A DNA stretch of 48,723 nt, from positions 1 to 48,723 of the IMG/VR virus record IMGVR_UViG_3300021255_000132. The stretch is one strand, 5' to 3'. Both the position numbers and the translations under genes were made by a program. The number at the start of each line of letters is the position of its first letter. Position 1 is the stretch's first letter. Shown here one piece after another: positions 22,479-31,091 of the stretch. The notes below the pieces were generated by a model. The model saw only the letters and a list, made by a program, of their open reading frames with translations. It was not told where the DNA came from and ran no database searches. The stretch is from a virus.

Positions 22479-23465
22479 TCAGATTTCAGCGTAAGCCACG
22501 CGCCCGCCCACGTCGCGGTACGAATGCGAGCGAACATCAGCCAGGCGCAAGGCGAAAACGCCCGCGCCGGCACCACGGTTCCAATTGCCGCCGGATAACG
22601 GAACGCGCTCACCTTCATGAACTGCCCAGATATGGTCATCCGTGGTGACATCAGAGCACTTCATAAGCGCCAGCTGTTTAATAGCCTGGTGAGGGGTTAC
22701 TCCAGATGCGGCCGTGATGGAAGAGAACGCAGCATCCGTGTTAGCAGTTGAAGCTGCAGTCTGAATGGTAGTGCCACTCAGATAGTTAGCCGTATCGATA
22801 TAACCTGCTGTGCTGTTCTCGCTGTCAGCCGTATCAAAGTTATTCATGGCTACACCATCTTCGCCTACGACATAGATTTTGCCGTTGATGAGCTTCATGC
22901 CCTGGTTCCACTCCCAGATATTACCGCAAAGGTCATAGATACCAGCTGCAGTACCATCGTGAGACCAGGACACCGGGCCAGAGCCGGTCAGTACGCGACC
23001 ATCACCGCCCATCACGCCATGCTCATACGTTGCATCATGAGCCTTACCCGTTGCAGTATTGCCACGCGGCACATAGCCCGACTTCGCACAAAGCAGTGCA
23101 AGGCCAGCCTGTTCAGCGCGGGATAACAGATGCCAGCCCTTCCCCTTTGCGCTGCATGCATTACGCGTATTATCAAAGGTCGTGTAGACTGTCGGGTCTT
23201 CCATCGGCATGGAGCAAGCGCGCCCATTGACGATTTTTGCCTGATATTTACCAATCCAAACTTCCGGCAGCTCCTTGCCATGATAGAGGAACATCGGATG
23301 CACGCCAGTGCCAGCACCGGCATCGCTGGTTACATCCTCAATGTTGAATTTCGGAATGCAGACAAGCACAGACGGATAACCTTTGTCGTCATATCTGACA
23401 GTATTGCGTCCACCGGATGCAGCCTCAACAGCCTGACGGTACGGGTCTTTAATCGTGAAATACAT
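22479..23465 (-). CDS. DGR target: FGE/C-type-lectin-fold receptor-binding (tail fibre tip) protein, 328 aa
   Basis: Formylglycine-generating-enzyme-like signatures are present: GWHLLSRAEQAGLALL and DLCGNIWEWNQG. The C-terminal GGNWN.GA.AGVFAL scaffold is typical of DGR variable proteins. The gene is last in the tail-fibre module. Confidence 0.8.
   Translation of the reverse strand: MYFTIKDPYRQAVEAASGGRNTVRYDDKGYPSVLVCIPKFNIEDVTSDAGAGTGVHPMFLYHGKELPEVWIGKYQAKIVNGRACSMPMEDPTVYTTFDNTRNACSAKGKGWHLLSRAEQAGLALLCAKSGYVPRGNTATGKAHDATYEHGVMGGDGRVLTGSGPVSWSHDGTAAGIYDLCGNIWEWNQGMKLINGKIYVVGEDGVAMNNFDTADSENSTAGYIDTANYLSGTTIQTAASTANTDAAFSSITAASGVTPHQAIKQLALMKCSDVTTDDHIWAVHEGERVPLSGGNWNRGAGAGVFALRLADVRSHSYRDVGGRVAYAEI
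22492..22607 (-). repeat. DGR variable repeat (VR), 116 bp, codons 287-325 of the target gene
   Basis: All 14 differences from the TR fall at TR coding-strand adenines. The VR ends 10 nt before the stop codon. Confidence 0.9.
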
Positions 23466-23468
23466 AGT

Positions 23469-23900
23469 TTAGTCCTCCTTAGTCTCTTTGCTATCATCAG
23501 AATCAGTTGCTTCCTCAATCGGGAAGAAACTGCCAAACAACTCAATAACACAGTTCTCTGTGTCAACCGGCACCTTGCGTTGAGCCATCACAGGCTCCAT
23601 CTTGCCTGTTGTCGGGTTTTTCTGCTTCTCGCCGGTGTCGTAAATCTCATACTTGCCAGCAGGAATAGTGACGCGTGCAACACAGTACGGCGGAATTTCA
23701 CCATCATAGTCGATGTAACCATGAAGCGTTCCGTCCGTATCCTGACAAATATGGATGATTGTTTCTACATCGTGCTGCAGCTCGTCCATGTCAAAGCTCA
23801 GCAAGTTCTCACCCTTGCCTACAAACAGCGTCGTTTCCTTGACGCCATACGGCACATAGCCGTACGGCTCCCAGGTCAACGTCTTCTTTTTTTCAATCAT
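23469..23900 (-). CDS. Hypothetical tail-fibre-associated protein (143 aa)
   Basis: ATG at 23900 after GGAGGTG. The start in the track is TTG. Confidence 0.5.
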   Translation of the reverse strand: MIEKKKTLTWEPYGYVPYGVKETTLFVGKGENLLSFDMDELQHDVETIIHICQDTDGTLHGYIDYDGEIPPYCVARVTIPAGKYEIYDTGEKQKNPTTGKMEPVMAQRKVPVDTENCVIELFGSFFPIEEATDSDDSKETKED

Positions 23901-23914
23901 GCTTGCACCTCCAT

Positions 23915-25567
23915 TCAATGAACCTGATTAACCAGCGTCCAGCGGAATTTAACATTATCAGCTTCGCCCGTAAGCGCCACCGTGAAAAAGCCACTCTGGT
24001 GTTCAATTACTTCGATGCCCGGATTAACGCCGTCATGTGAAAGCACCGACAGATGCACATCATAGTCCGGCGCGTCAACAGCAGCATAACCAGGCATGGG
24101 CACGCTTACTGTCGGACGCGTGTTGTAATAGTTCTCTGAGCCCTCCACGCGACGGATATCAGCAAAGCTGACAGCATTCAGATTAGCTGCCGTATCTCCT
24201 GCAGGCACCGTGATGCGATAAAGCCCCAGCTTTCCTACAGGCACTGCATCAGCAATACGCACCGTATAACCATTAGATGCATTGCCATCGACATATGCAT
24301 AGTAGTTGACAGCCGTGGTGCCCGTGTTGGTTGGAACAGCTGCCACGCTGTTTTCCGTATCTGCAATGCTGTATATATGGCCATCAACATAAACAAGTGA
24401 ATAATTAGACGCTAAATAGGTGCCTGTCTTAGTCACTTTGATGTTTCTGGTGCCGGATACTGCATTGACCACACAGCCACTGCGTACATACTTGTTATAC
24501 AGTGTAGCTTCCCCCTGTTGTACGCGCTGATTCTGCCATTTGTCAAGTTCCGTATTCGCGGCATTGACCTGCTGAATGAGGTACTTGAGGACAGATTTCT
24601 TGGTTTCTGCTTCGCCGTCATACGGCAAAGCCCTCGTGTAAAGCGCCTTGACATCAGATGCTGCGATTACATTGCTGTAAAGACCATCAGGCCGCCCGCT
24701 TCCTGCCGGATACGCGCCTGCACCGCTGGTGTTATCATCAGGGTTATAAGCTGTAGCATTGCGTCTATGCACCTGAAATAACGGGATGGCATAAACATAT
24801 CCGTCAACGCATTTCAGTGCGCTGCAAGCCGACGTGCTGCCATCTCCGGCACGATAAAGCCCCGTCTCTCCGCTGAGTGCAGTGAACGTATAAGCCGAAT
24901 CGCTGTTAGCACCGCCACGGGCCTTGACGCGGTTGCCATTGGTCACGCCTGCCGGATAGCCCACAAAATCCACATCAGACACGGTGCGAATGTTCCAACG
25001 CAACTGCACGCGACGAGTGGTTTCTGCCCCAGCGACGCTGTCCAGCAAGTCATTTCCTAACGTGCCAGACTGCACGCCGCCGTATTTGTAGACATTTTCA
25101 TCATCATCTTCTTGCGAGCCAGTAGGAGCAACCTCTTCAAACCAAATCTCAGCAAATGCAAGGTCTTCACGACTGCCAGAGTTCGGCGCTGCAGGAAAAA
25201 TGATGTCGCTTGCCTGGTCGCTACGATTTGCACCGTAAAGATTTAGCAACCAGCCATGCGCATGCACCGTTGCGTCACTGATGCGCAAGCAATTTGCCGG
25301 GTTCGTGACGCCATATGTAGGCGCCAGCGAAAGCACCCCCGGAGACAGCAGCTTTCTGAGCATCTGGGCACGCAGATAGTTCTGATTCTGCTGGGCAAGG
25401 TTATGCTCACTATCGAGAGGCGGTTTTGCCTGCTGATAGATAAGCATCGAAAAATTTCTGTTTTCCGGGCTAAGCTTACGAGAAACGCCCGTGGACACAG
25501 TAGGGCCTCCTTCGTAAAGTTCCCTGGTGGTGGTATCGCCTACCACCTGCACAAGATTTTCACTCAT
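23915..25567 (-). CDS. Tail fibre / distal baseplate structural protein (550 aa)
   Basis: It follows the gpJ and gpI homologues and is large and Gly/Asn/Thr-rich. The call is positional. Confidence 0.5.
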   Translation of the reverse strand: MSENLVQVVGDTTTRELYEGGPTVSTGVSRKLSPENRNFSMLIYQQAKPPLDSEHNLAQQNQNYLRAQMLRKLLSPGVLSLAPTYGVTNPANCLRISDATVHAHGWLLNLYGANRSDQASDIIFPAAPNSGSREDLAFAEIWFEEVAPTGSQEDDDENVYKYGGVQSGTLGNDLLDSVAGAETTRRVQLRWNIRTVSDVDFVGYPAGVTNGNRVKARGGANSDSAYTFTALSGETGLYRAGDGSTSACSALKCVDGYVYAIPLFQVHRRNATAYNPDDNTSGAGAYPAGSGRPDGLYSNVIAASDVKALYTRALPYDGEAETKKSVLKYLIQQVNAANTELDKWQNQRVQQGEATLYNKYVRSGCVVNAVSGTRNIKVTKTGTYLASNYSLVYVDGHIYSIADTENSVAAVPTNTGTTAVNYYAYVDGNASNGYTVRIADAVPVGKLGLYRITVPAGDTAANLNAVSFADIRRVEGSENYYNTRPTVSVPMPGYAAVDAPDYDVHLSVLSHDGVNPGIEVIEHQSGFFTVALTGEADNVKFRWTLVNQVH

Positions 25568-25583
25568 GTTCTTCTCCTTTCAA

Positions 25584-27098
25584 CTAAGAGAGTCTTAAAT
25601 ATCCAAGCACGGCCTTGTCATTAAGCAAGGTGCCGCGCTCATAGCTAAAGTATTTTTCGGTATGGGCAGGCTTGATAATAATGGTCTTCGTGGTGGTCTC
25701 AGCATGCCGATTATTATTATTCAGCACGCTTGCACCATGATAGCGCTTAACCTTCCGCCACTTTTCAATATGCACAGTCTCCTGTTTTGTGGTACTGGCT
25801 ACTCGGTTAAGCCCCAAACGCCCGCCCAAAGTTAAGCCATTGAATAGCTTGGCCACAGTAGTTTTTGTGGTACTTCCTGATTCGGTTCTTGTGGTAGTCT
25901 TGATGTCATTCAGCTTCAAATCACCGTTAAGACCTTCATTACCGTTCAGCCCATCGTCGAATGTTGTGATACGCTTCGTGTACGGCGTTTCTATCGTCGT
26001 CTCCTTCGGCTGCATAGCAGCCCCATTGAGACCATCATGGAAAACTGTGCGCGTGATGGTCACGTCTTCGCCAACATCTTCCCATGACTCAGTAGGCTTG
26101 CCAATCTGATTTAATGCAAATCCCGGCATGATAAATCTCTGTCTGCGTTTCGTTTCCGTCACAGTATTGGATTCGGTCTTTATCTTCACGGCTGAACCAT
26201 TGAGGACATTGCCATGCCATATAATGACGGTACGAATATCCGGCACATATCTGCGCTGTGATAGAGTTTTCTTTTCAATATCATTGATACCCGTCAGCCC
26301 ATTAAGTGTGACATCTCCATTTAGCCGTCCGCCCGCAAACGTTTCCCATGTGTCGGTAACATACCCGCCCAGGTCTCTTTCTTCACGGTCTGCAAAGTCT
26401 CCATTGAGCCGCATCCGACCGTTCAGCTTTGGACCGGTAAACAACAGACGCTTAATTGTTGTGGTCTTGCTGGTGGTCTCTTCAAAGTGTTCCACCTTTC
26501 CACTGTCATTCAGTCCTGTATCAAACAAGGTGCTGTGTATTATCAGCTCTTTGGTTACAGCAGCAACCTCCCTGGTGATCAGCACGCCACCAGAGTTCAA
26601 AATCATTTGCTTGCCGGGATACCAGACAACACACTCAAGCCACGACCGGACATTTTTCAAAGCTAATGCCAGTTTTCTGATAGCGTCATGTTCAGCCTTG
26701 GTGATGGTTTCGCCGTTTATCTCGATACGGAAATAATATGGCTGGCCGCCATACTCAAACCATTCCTTAATTTTGGCATTTCGAGTTATGACCTGTATGG
26801 CCTCATTCACGACACCGGCAGTGCCTTTTATCATGTGCCACGGTATGCCATTCTTTACCAGTTCCCTGCGCTGCTCCAACGGCAATGACTTATCATAGTA
26901 TTCCAGATGAAATTGCACCGCTAATTCATCTATGAAGTCGCTGGAAAGTGAGTCAATACACGGATAGAGACAAACCAACTCAGTAAGGGCATTGACCTGT
27001 GCCATAATACTGTCAAAGGTCTCTGCCACCTCATGCATATTGTTGCGGTTCAACGATGGCGGTAATCTCGCCGCCGTCTTATAGTCTGCCGCGTTCAT
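25584..27098 (-). CDS. P2 gpI-like baseplate protein with a long repeat-containing C-terminal extension (504 aa)
   Basis: The N-terminal DELAVQFHLEYYDKSLPLEQRRELVKNGIPWHMIKGTAG is gpI-like (tail protein I). The C-terminal ~300 aa contain about 7 F..G..LNG repeats. Confidence 0.6.
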   Translation of the reverse strand: MNAADYKTAARLPPSLNRNNMHEVAETFDSIMAQVNALTELVCLYPCIDSLSSDFIDELAVQFHLEYYDKSLPLEQRRELVKNGIPWHMIKGTAGVVNEAIQVITRNAKIKEWFEYGGQPYYFRIEINGETITKAEHDAIRKLALALKNVRSWLECVVWYPGKQMILNSGGVLITREVAAVTKELIIHSTLFDTGLNDSGKVEHFEETTSKTTTIKRLLFTGPKLNGRMRLNGDFADREERDLGGYVTDTWETFAGGRLNGDVTLNGLTGINDIEKKTLSQRRYVPDIRTVIIWHGNVLNGSAVKIKTESNTVTETKRRQRFIMPGFALNQIGKPTESWEDVGEDVTITRTVFHDGLNGAAMQPKETTIETPYTKRITTFDDGLNGNEGLNGDLKLNDIKTTTRTESGSTTKTTVAKLFNGLTLGGRLGLNRVASTTKQETVHIEKWRKVKRYHGASVLNNNNRHAETTTKTIIIKPAHTEKYFSYERGTLLNDKAVLGYLRLS

Positions 27099-28240
27099 TC
27101 ATCTTCAACTCCTCCCATTGTGACGGATATGCGGGATGCAACAGCCACTTGACTGGGGTGATAATTCCCTTCGGCGTCATCACCTCTGTAGACCGTCAAA
27201 AAGCCGGGCTGGTTGATGATTACGCGTTTAACACCTTTAATCTCTTTTATGGCCTGATGCAATTCTGATGGATTGACATCCCGCCCAAGCGCACTCTTCT
27301 GCCACAGTACAAAGTTGTTTACAGCATCATTGACTTTGGCCTGCACCGTAGTCATGTCTGCCTCTGCGTAAATGTAGTAAGTCACATCTACGTCATAGGT
27401 TATTTGCTCCGGTGGAACCACCTGCACATGATCCGTAAGTGGTCTCACGGCCCGTTTCATCAAAGCCTCTTGCACTTCGTTTATGAGTTCTTCCCCTGGG
27501 GCTGTTCCGCCCGTCATAAGCGGAACAATTTCAACCGTTCCCGGCTGCGGGCTCCCCAGTCCTACATCAATGATGCCGCTGTTCATACTCATCACGTGAT
27601 ATCTATATGCCCCCGCAGGCCCTGCCGTTGAAAAACTTTCCGGCGCCTCAAAGGTTCTTGCTCTAAGCGCATCATCGGTTTCGGTTTCCGAGCCGCCCTC
27701 GCTCTGTGTTGTATTTGAGATAGATGCTACATAAGCAACAGGGTCAACGATTAATGATATTTCCCCTGGCATGTATCCATTGCCTGTAACGCCTGTATCT
27801 GTGCATGTAGCTCCCACTGTCCCCGTCAAGCTTCCTGCTGTAATAATCAGGTCTTCATCCGTGGCAAAATATTTATTATCACCAGACGCCACTCTTGTAC
27901 CAGCCGGAATAACGGTTTCATTTGCCCTGGCTGCAGACAATGTGACCATTAATGTGGTGGTAGCTGCGCTTGACTGCAGTCTGGTTGTTCTGACCAAAGC
28001 GGCCAAGTTATCCAGTTTGCCACCATTTGCATATTTCAGCAGGTTCTGCTTGCCGGTATCATTGAGTTTATTCAGCAATCGGATAAACACTTCCGTGATA
28101 AAGAGGTTGTATAGTCTGATTGGATCGCCCTGTGCCAGCGTCCGGCCGGTGATGTTTGTATAAGCATCAAAAACAGCCTGCTGTATGGTATCCCTGTCAA
28201 CATCTACAAAGTCAATATCAGGCAAATCGCTAAGTTTCAC
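27095..28240 (-). CDS. Baseplate J-like protein (381 aa, GTG start)
   Basis: ETDDALRARTFEAPESFSTAGPAGAYRYHVMS is typical of the gpJ family. It lies downstream of the gp25-like gene. Confidence 0.7.
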   Translation of the reverse strand: MKLSDLPDIDFVDVDRDTIQQAVFDAYTNITGRTLAQGDPIRLYNLFITEVFIRLLNKLNDTGKQNLLKYANGGKLDNLAALVRTTRLQSSAATTTLMVTLSAARANETVIPAGTRVASGDNKYFATDEDLIITAGSLTGTVGATCTDTGVTGNGYMPGEISLIVDPVAYVASISNTTQSEGGSETETDDALRARTFEAPESFSTAGPAGAYRYHVMSMNSGIIDVGLGSPQPGTVEIVPLMTGGTAPGEELINEVQEALMKRAVRPLTDHVQVVPPEQITYDVDVTYYIYAEADMTTVQAKVNDAVNNFVLWQKSALGRDVNPSELHQAIKEIKGVKRVIINQPGFLTVYRGDDAEGNYHPSQVAVASRISVTMGGVEDE

Positions 28241-28547
28241 GAATACTCACCTCCACTGCCGGGACCAGCCGCCCGTTTATATCACCGCTAAAACTTATAG
28301 ATTCTATGGTTGCCCTGGGCTCATATTGCTTAATGGCCTGAAATATCTCGTTGGTCATCTTTGCTTGTGCCTGGGGCATGGGCAAATCTATAGCTGAGCC
28401 ATCTATACCAAAGTTACGGTCAAGCGGGATTGTGCCTTTAACTGTGGTTATGATGGTCAGCACATTTTGCAGCACCTCTGCCGCCGTAGAATCAGGCGCA
28501 AAATCAATAGCAGGAGAATCATCGCCTGCCACTCTGAAAACGCCCAT
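28230..28547 (-). CDS. gp25/GPW-like baseplate wedge protein (105 aa)
   Basis: Size, the IPLDRNFGIDGS motif and the position immediately before gpJ. Confidence 0.6.
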   Translation of the reverse strand: MGVFRVAGDDSPAIDFAPDSTAAEVLQNVLTIITTVKGTIPLDRNFGIDGSAIDLPMPQAQAKMTNEIFQAIKQYEPRATIESISFSGDINGRLVPAVEVSIRET

Positions 28548-29026
28548 CAGAAAGCACCTCCCAGCAAAGTTGAAGCAGCATTAAAGATGGTGCCATATTT
28601 ATTTATCACGCTGCTTTCCTCGGTATAATTACTATCATCGTACTCTGTAAGCTGCACAGATGCCTTTGCTTGAATGAGGTTTCCTGTCGGGTCATAAAAC
28701 TGTTCGTTTTCGTTTAGGCTATCCAGCCGCCAGTAGTTCTGGCTGACCGGCCGCCCGCCGATTATCAGCGGAAAAACCGCTCCTGTATCCCTCATTTTCC
28801 GCAATTTAGATAGAATTGAGCCTGGCGATGCACCTAAATCGGCTTTAAGTATTATGTCAAAACTCAGCTTCTCCAAGCCTGGGCCGCTAAACTGACTGAC
28901 TGGCTTGCGCAGTATGAGGTCATGTTGTGCCCATCGGGATTCTCCTGATCTTACATAATTTGTTGGCGTCACAAAATAATGTGAGGACACAATGAATACG
29001 ATATCCCCCATGTAGCCAATGTACAT
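28547..29026 (-). CDS. P2 GpU-like tail protein (159 aa)
   Basis: The pattern ...SRWAQHD...QFSGPGLEKLSFDIIL...LRKMRDTGAVFPLIIGG...YWRLDSLNE...G...A.V.L resembles P2 gpU as I recall it. Confidence 0.55.
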   Translation of the reverse strand: MYIGYMGDIVFIVSSHYFVTPTNYVRSGESRWAQHDLILRKPVSQFSGPGLEKLSFDIILKADLGASPGSILSKLRKMRDTGAVFPLIIGGRPVSQNYWRLDSLNENEQFYDPTGNLIQAKASVQLTEYDDSNYTEESSVINKYGTIFNAASTLLGGAF

Positions 29027-29041
29027 GCTGACTCACCTCCT

Positions 29042-29362
29042 TTATCCTCCTGCAAAAACATTACTGCTCCCTGTCACATGACTGCCGCTTTGCCCGCATG
29101 ACTGGCACGTTGTCGTGTCTCCTACGCGTGTCACCGGCTGGCCATTACAGAACACGGTAGTACTCCCCGCCGTGGTTGCAAATGTGCCTCCGTGCGGGCA
29201 GTTCGTAGGGCCTGTGTCATTTAGTCTGTGTAATGGTTGACCGTTAACGAAAACATTTTGGGAGCCTGCTGTATTGGTGCCTGACCTTCCGTGTGGGCAA
29301 CAATCGAGTCCCAGGTCACAAGTTCCTGTTGTCCCATCGCCTACTTTTGTTACTGCTGGCAT
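29042..29362 (-). CDS. PAAR-repeat spike-tip protein (106 aa)
   Basis: Repeated units: CPHGRSG...VFVNGQPLHRLND, CPHGGT...VFCNGQPVTRVGD and C.SCG... Confidence 0.75.
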   Translation of the reverse strand: MPAVTKVGDGTTGTCDLGLDCCPHGRSGTNTAGSQNVFVNGQPLHRLNDTGPTNCPHGGTFATTAGSTTVFCNGQPVTRVGDTTTCQSCGQSGSHVTGSSNVFAGG

Positions 29363-29371
29363 AAAACCACC

Positions 29372-29776
29372 TCAGTTCAGATAGATATTTGCACCAGTTA
29401 TGGTGACATTGCCAGTTGCATGGATTTCGATATTCCCGCCTTCATACTTAACATATGACCCGTCCGGAAATCTAACACTGCGCGCATCGGCATTGCTTTC
29501 TTTCGGCTTATCCACATCGCTGTAAATAGCGCCAAGCACAAAACCTTCGCCTGTACCTTTGCCGCTGATATTCGGCAGGCGCATGCACAGCACCTGATCA
29601 TCGATAGCCGGCATCCAGTATTCTTTTGTGGCATGCGTGCCGCGTTGCAAAACAGCCAGCTCTTTGGTTGTAACATTGCCCTTATCGGGTCTTGTCACTA
29701 TCACAGTGCCTTTGTCGTCATTGCGTTTGCTCACATAGCCAGTAAAGAACAGCTTCGATAAGTCATTAATATCCAT
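29372..29776 (-). CDS. Baseplate spike / assembly protein V-like (134 aa)
   Basis: OB-like N-terminus (GYVSKRNDDKGTVIVT) with a beta-helix-like C-terminal NVTITGANIYLN. It sits between the gpD-like and PAAR genes. Confidence 0.6.
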   Translation of the reverse strand: MDINDLSKLFFTGYVSKRNDDKGTVIVTRPDKGNVTTKELAVLQRGTHATKEYWMPAIDDQVLCMRLPNISGKGTGEGFVLGAIYSDVDKPKESNADARSVRFPDGSYVKYEGGNIEIHATGNVTITGANIYLN

Positions 29777-30887
29777 TCAAGCATCTCCTGACTTCTATGT
29801 TGGTAGTGTAGCTGCCGCCAATTTCATGGTTGGCCTTTGTTATCAAGTAATTGCCATCAAACTTTCCGTACCCGTCCAGCTTGATTACAATCCCTGCCAC
29901 CAACTGGAAGTTGCCAATGGTGGAAAAGCCGCCCGTGAATTCGTCTTTATTGGCTTCTCTCAGCTTCTTCTTAGCCAATTCCTCAGCTTCTGCAACGGTC
30001 TCCACCTGTTCATCCACATAGAGAATTTTCCCCTCTTTGCGGTCTGGCGCGGCAAATTCGCCCTCAATGAGTTTCTTTTCCTTGCCCTTTTGGTATTTAA
30101 CCTTGCATTTCCAGTAAACATCTCTGGTTTTAGCTTTGAAATGATACCCGGTAAACTGAAATATCGCAGGCAAGCTGCCTGTTTTGACTGCGTCACCAGG
30201 GCGTTGAAACACCAAAACAGGCTCCTGCTTTTCATATTTCATATCATCGAAGATGATAACCTTTTCCGGCGTTACCTTGAGCGAAAAGCCCGCATCTTTG
30301 GTTATCTTCTGCAAAAATTCCAGGTCGCTTTCATCGGTCTGCTCGACGTGGTCAAGATTTGGGTTCTTCTCGCAATCCCAGTACAGCTCAACACCATTTT
30401 CTTTGCAGATATCATCAGCACATTTCCAAATGCTGATTTTATCCCATGTGCGGTTTTTCTTTTCCCCTCTCAGTGTCCCTGCCGATATGACAGACACCGC
30501 TTTTATCTGTGCCGTCGATGGCATGCCCTGGATTTCAATTTCATCAATCTCAAATTTCCCCAGGTCAAAAGTCAATTCCCCGGCGTTAAGATTTGTCCAG
30601 TTGTAGGTATGAATTACCAAAGACAAGATTGCTCCCTCTTCCGGGAACCAATCGCCCATCCATAACTGGCCACGGTCTTCCAGCGTCAGCGTAATATCAT
30701 CAGCCTGCCCGCTTAGGTTGTCAGTATATGACAGGGACAGGAAGTATTTGCTGATATCCTCAGATATATCTTTGCTTTCCCCGCCCCCTTTCGGCGTGTA
30801 GGTTATCACTAACCATGCACGCCTCGACAACTTAGTGCCTGGGGTAAGGTCTGCAAACCAATCGGCCAGGATATTGAAAAGCCCCAT
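29766..30887 (-). CDS. Late control D / baseplate hub protein (gpD, XkdQ-like), 373 aa
   Basis: LSLSYTDNLSGQADDITLTLEDR, together with its size and its position after the tape measure and LysM-like genes. Confidence 0.65.
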   Translation of the reverse strand: MGLFNILADWFADLTPGTKLSRRAWLVITYTPKGGGESKDISEDISKYFLSLSYTDNLSGQADDITLTLEDRGQLWMGDWFPEEGAILSLVIHTYNWTNLNAGELTFDLGKFEIDEIEIQGMPSTAQIKAVSVISAGTLRGEKKNRTWDKISIWKCADDICKENGVELYWDCEKNPNLDHVEQTDESDLEFLQKITKDAGFSLKVTPEKVIIFDDMKYEKQEPVLVFQRPGDAVKTGSLPAIFQFTGYHFKAKTRDVYWKCKVKYQKGKEKKLIEGEFAAPDRKEGKILYVDEQVETVAEAEELAKKKLREANKDEFTGGFSTIGNFQLVAGIVIKLDGYGKFDGNYLITKANHEIGGSYTTNIEVRRCLNGY

Positions 30888-30890
30888 ATC

Positions 30891-31091
30891 CTACCGCCTC
30901 CATGGTGGCAGCGTGCTTATTGCCGCCGCCTTATAATCCGGGCAGTTCAGGACAACCCCTTGCGGAAATACAGCCACGTCTTTATACGTTTGGTTGGCTT
31001 CCAGCAGCAATGTCATGCCGCCCTCCTGCCCATAGACTTTGTAAGCTATCATATCCCACATATCTCCCTGTATGGTTGTATATGTTTTCAT
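30891..31091 (-). CDS. Tail protein X / LysM-like (66 aa)
   Basis: YTTIQGDMWDMIAYKVYG...LLLEANQ. P2 gpX-like in size and position. Confidence 0.6.
   Translation of the reverse strand: MKTYTTIQGDMWDMIAYKVYGQEGGMTLLLEANQTYKDVAVFPQGVVLNCPDYKAAAISTLPPWRR

Noticed and set aside
21712-22648. ORFs in the supplied track that overlap the DGR repeats: 21712-21927 (-), 21772-22020 (+) and 22439-22648 (+). The last two have near-identical translations (..KPRARPR..SNCRRITER..).
   Set aside because: Their similarity is simply the TR/VR repeat read on the antisense strand. None has an RBS, and 21712-21927 would put the TR inside a gene. I treat them as non-coding artefacts of the repeat.
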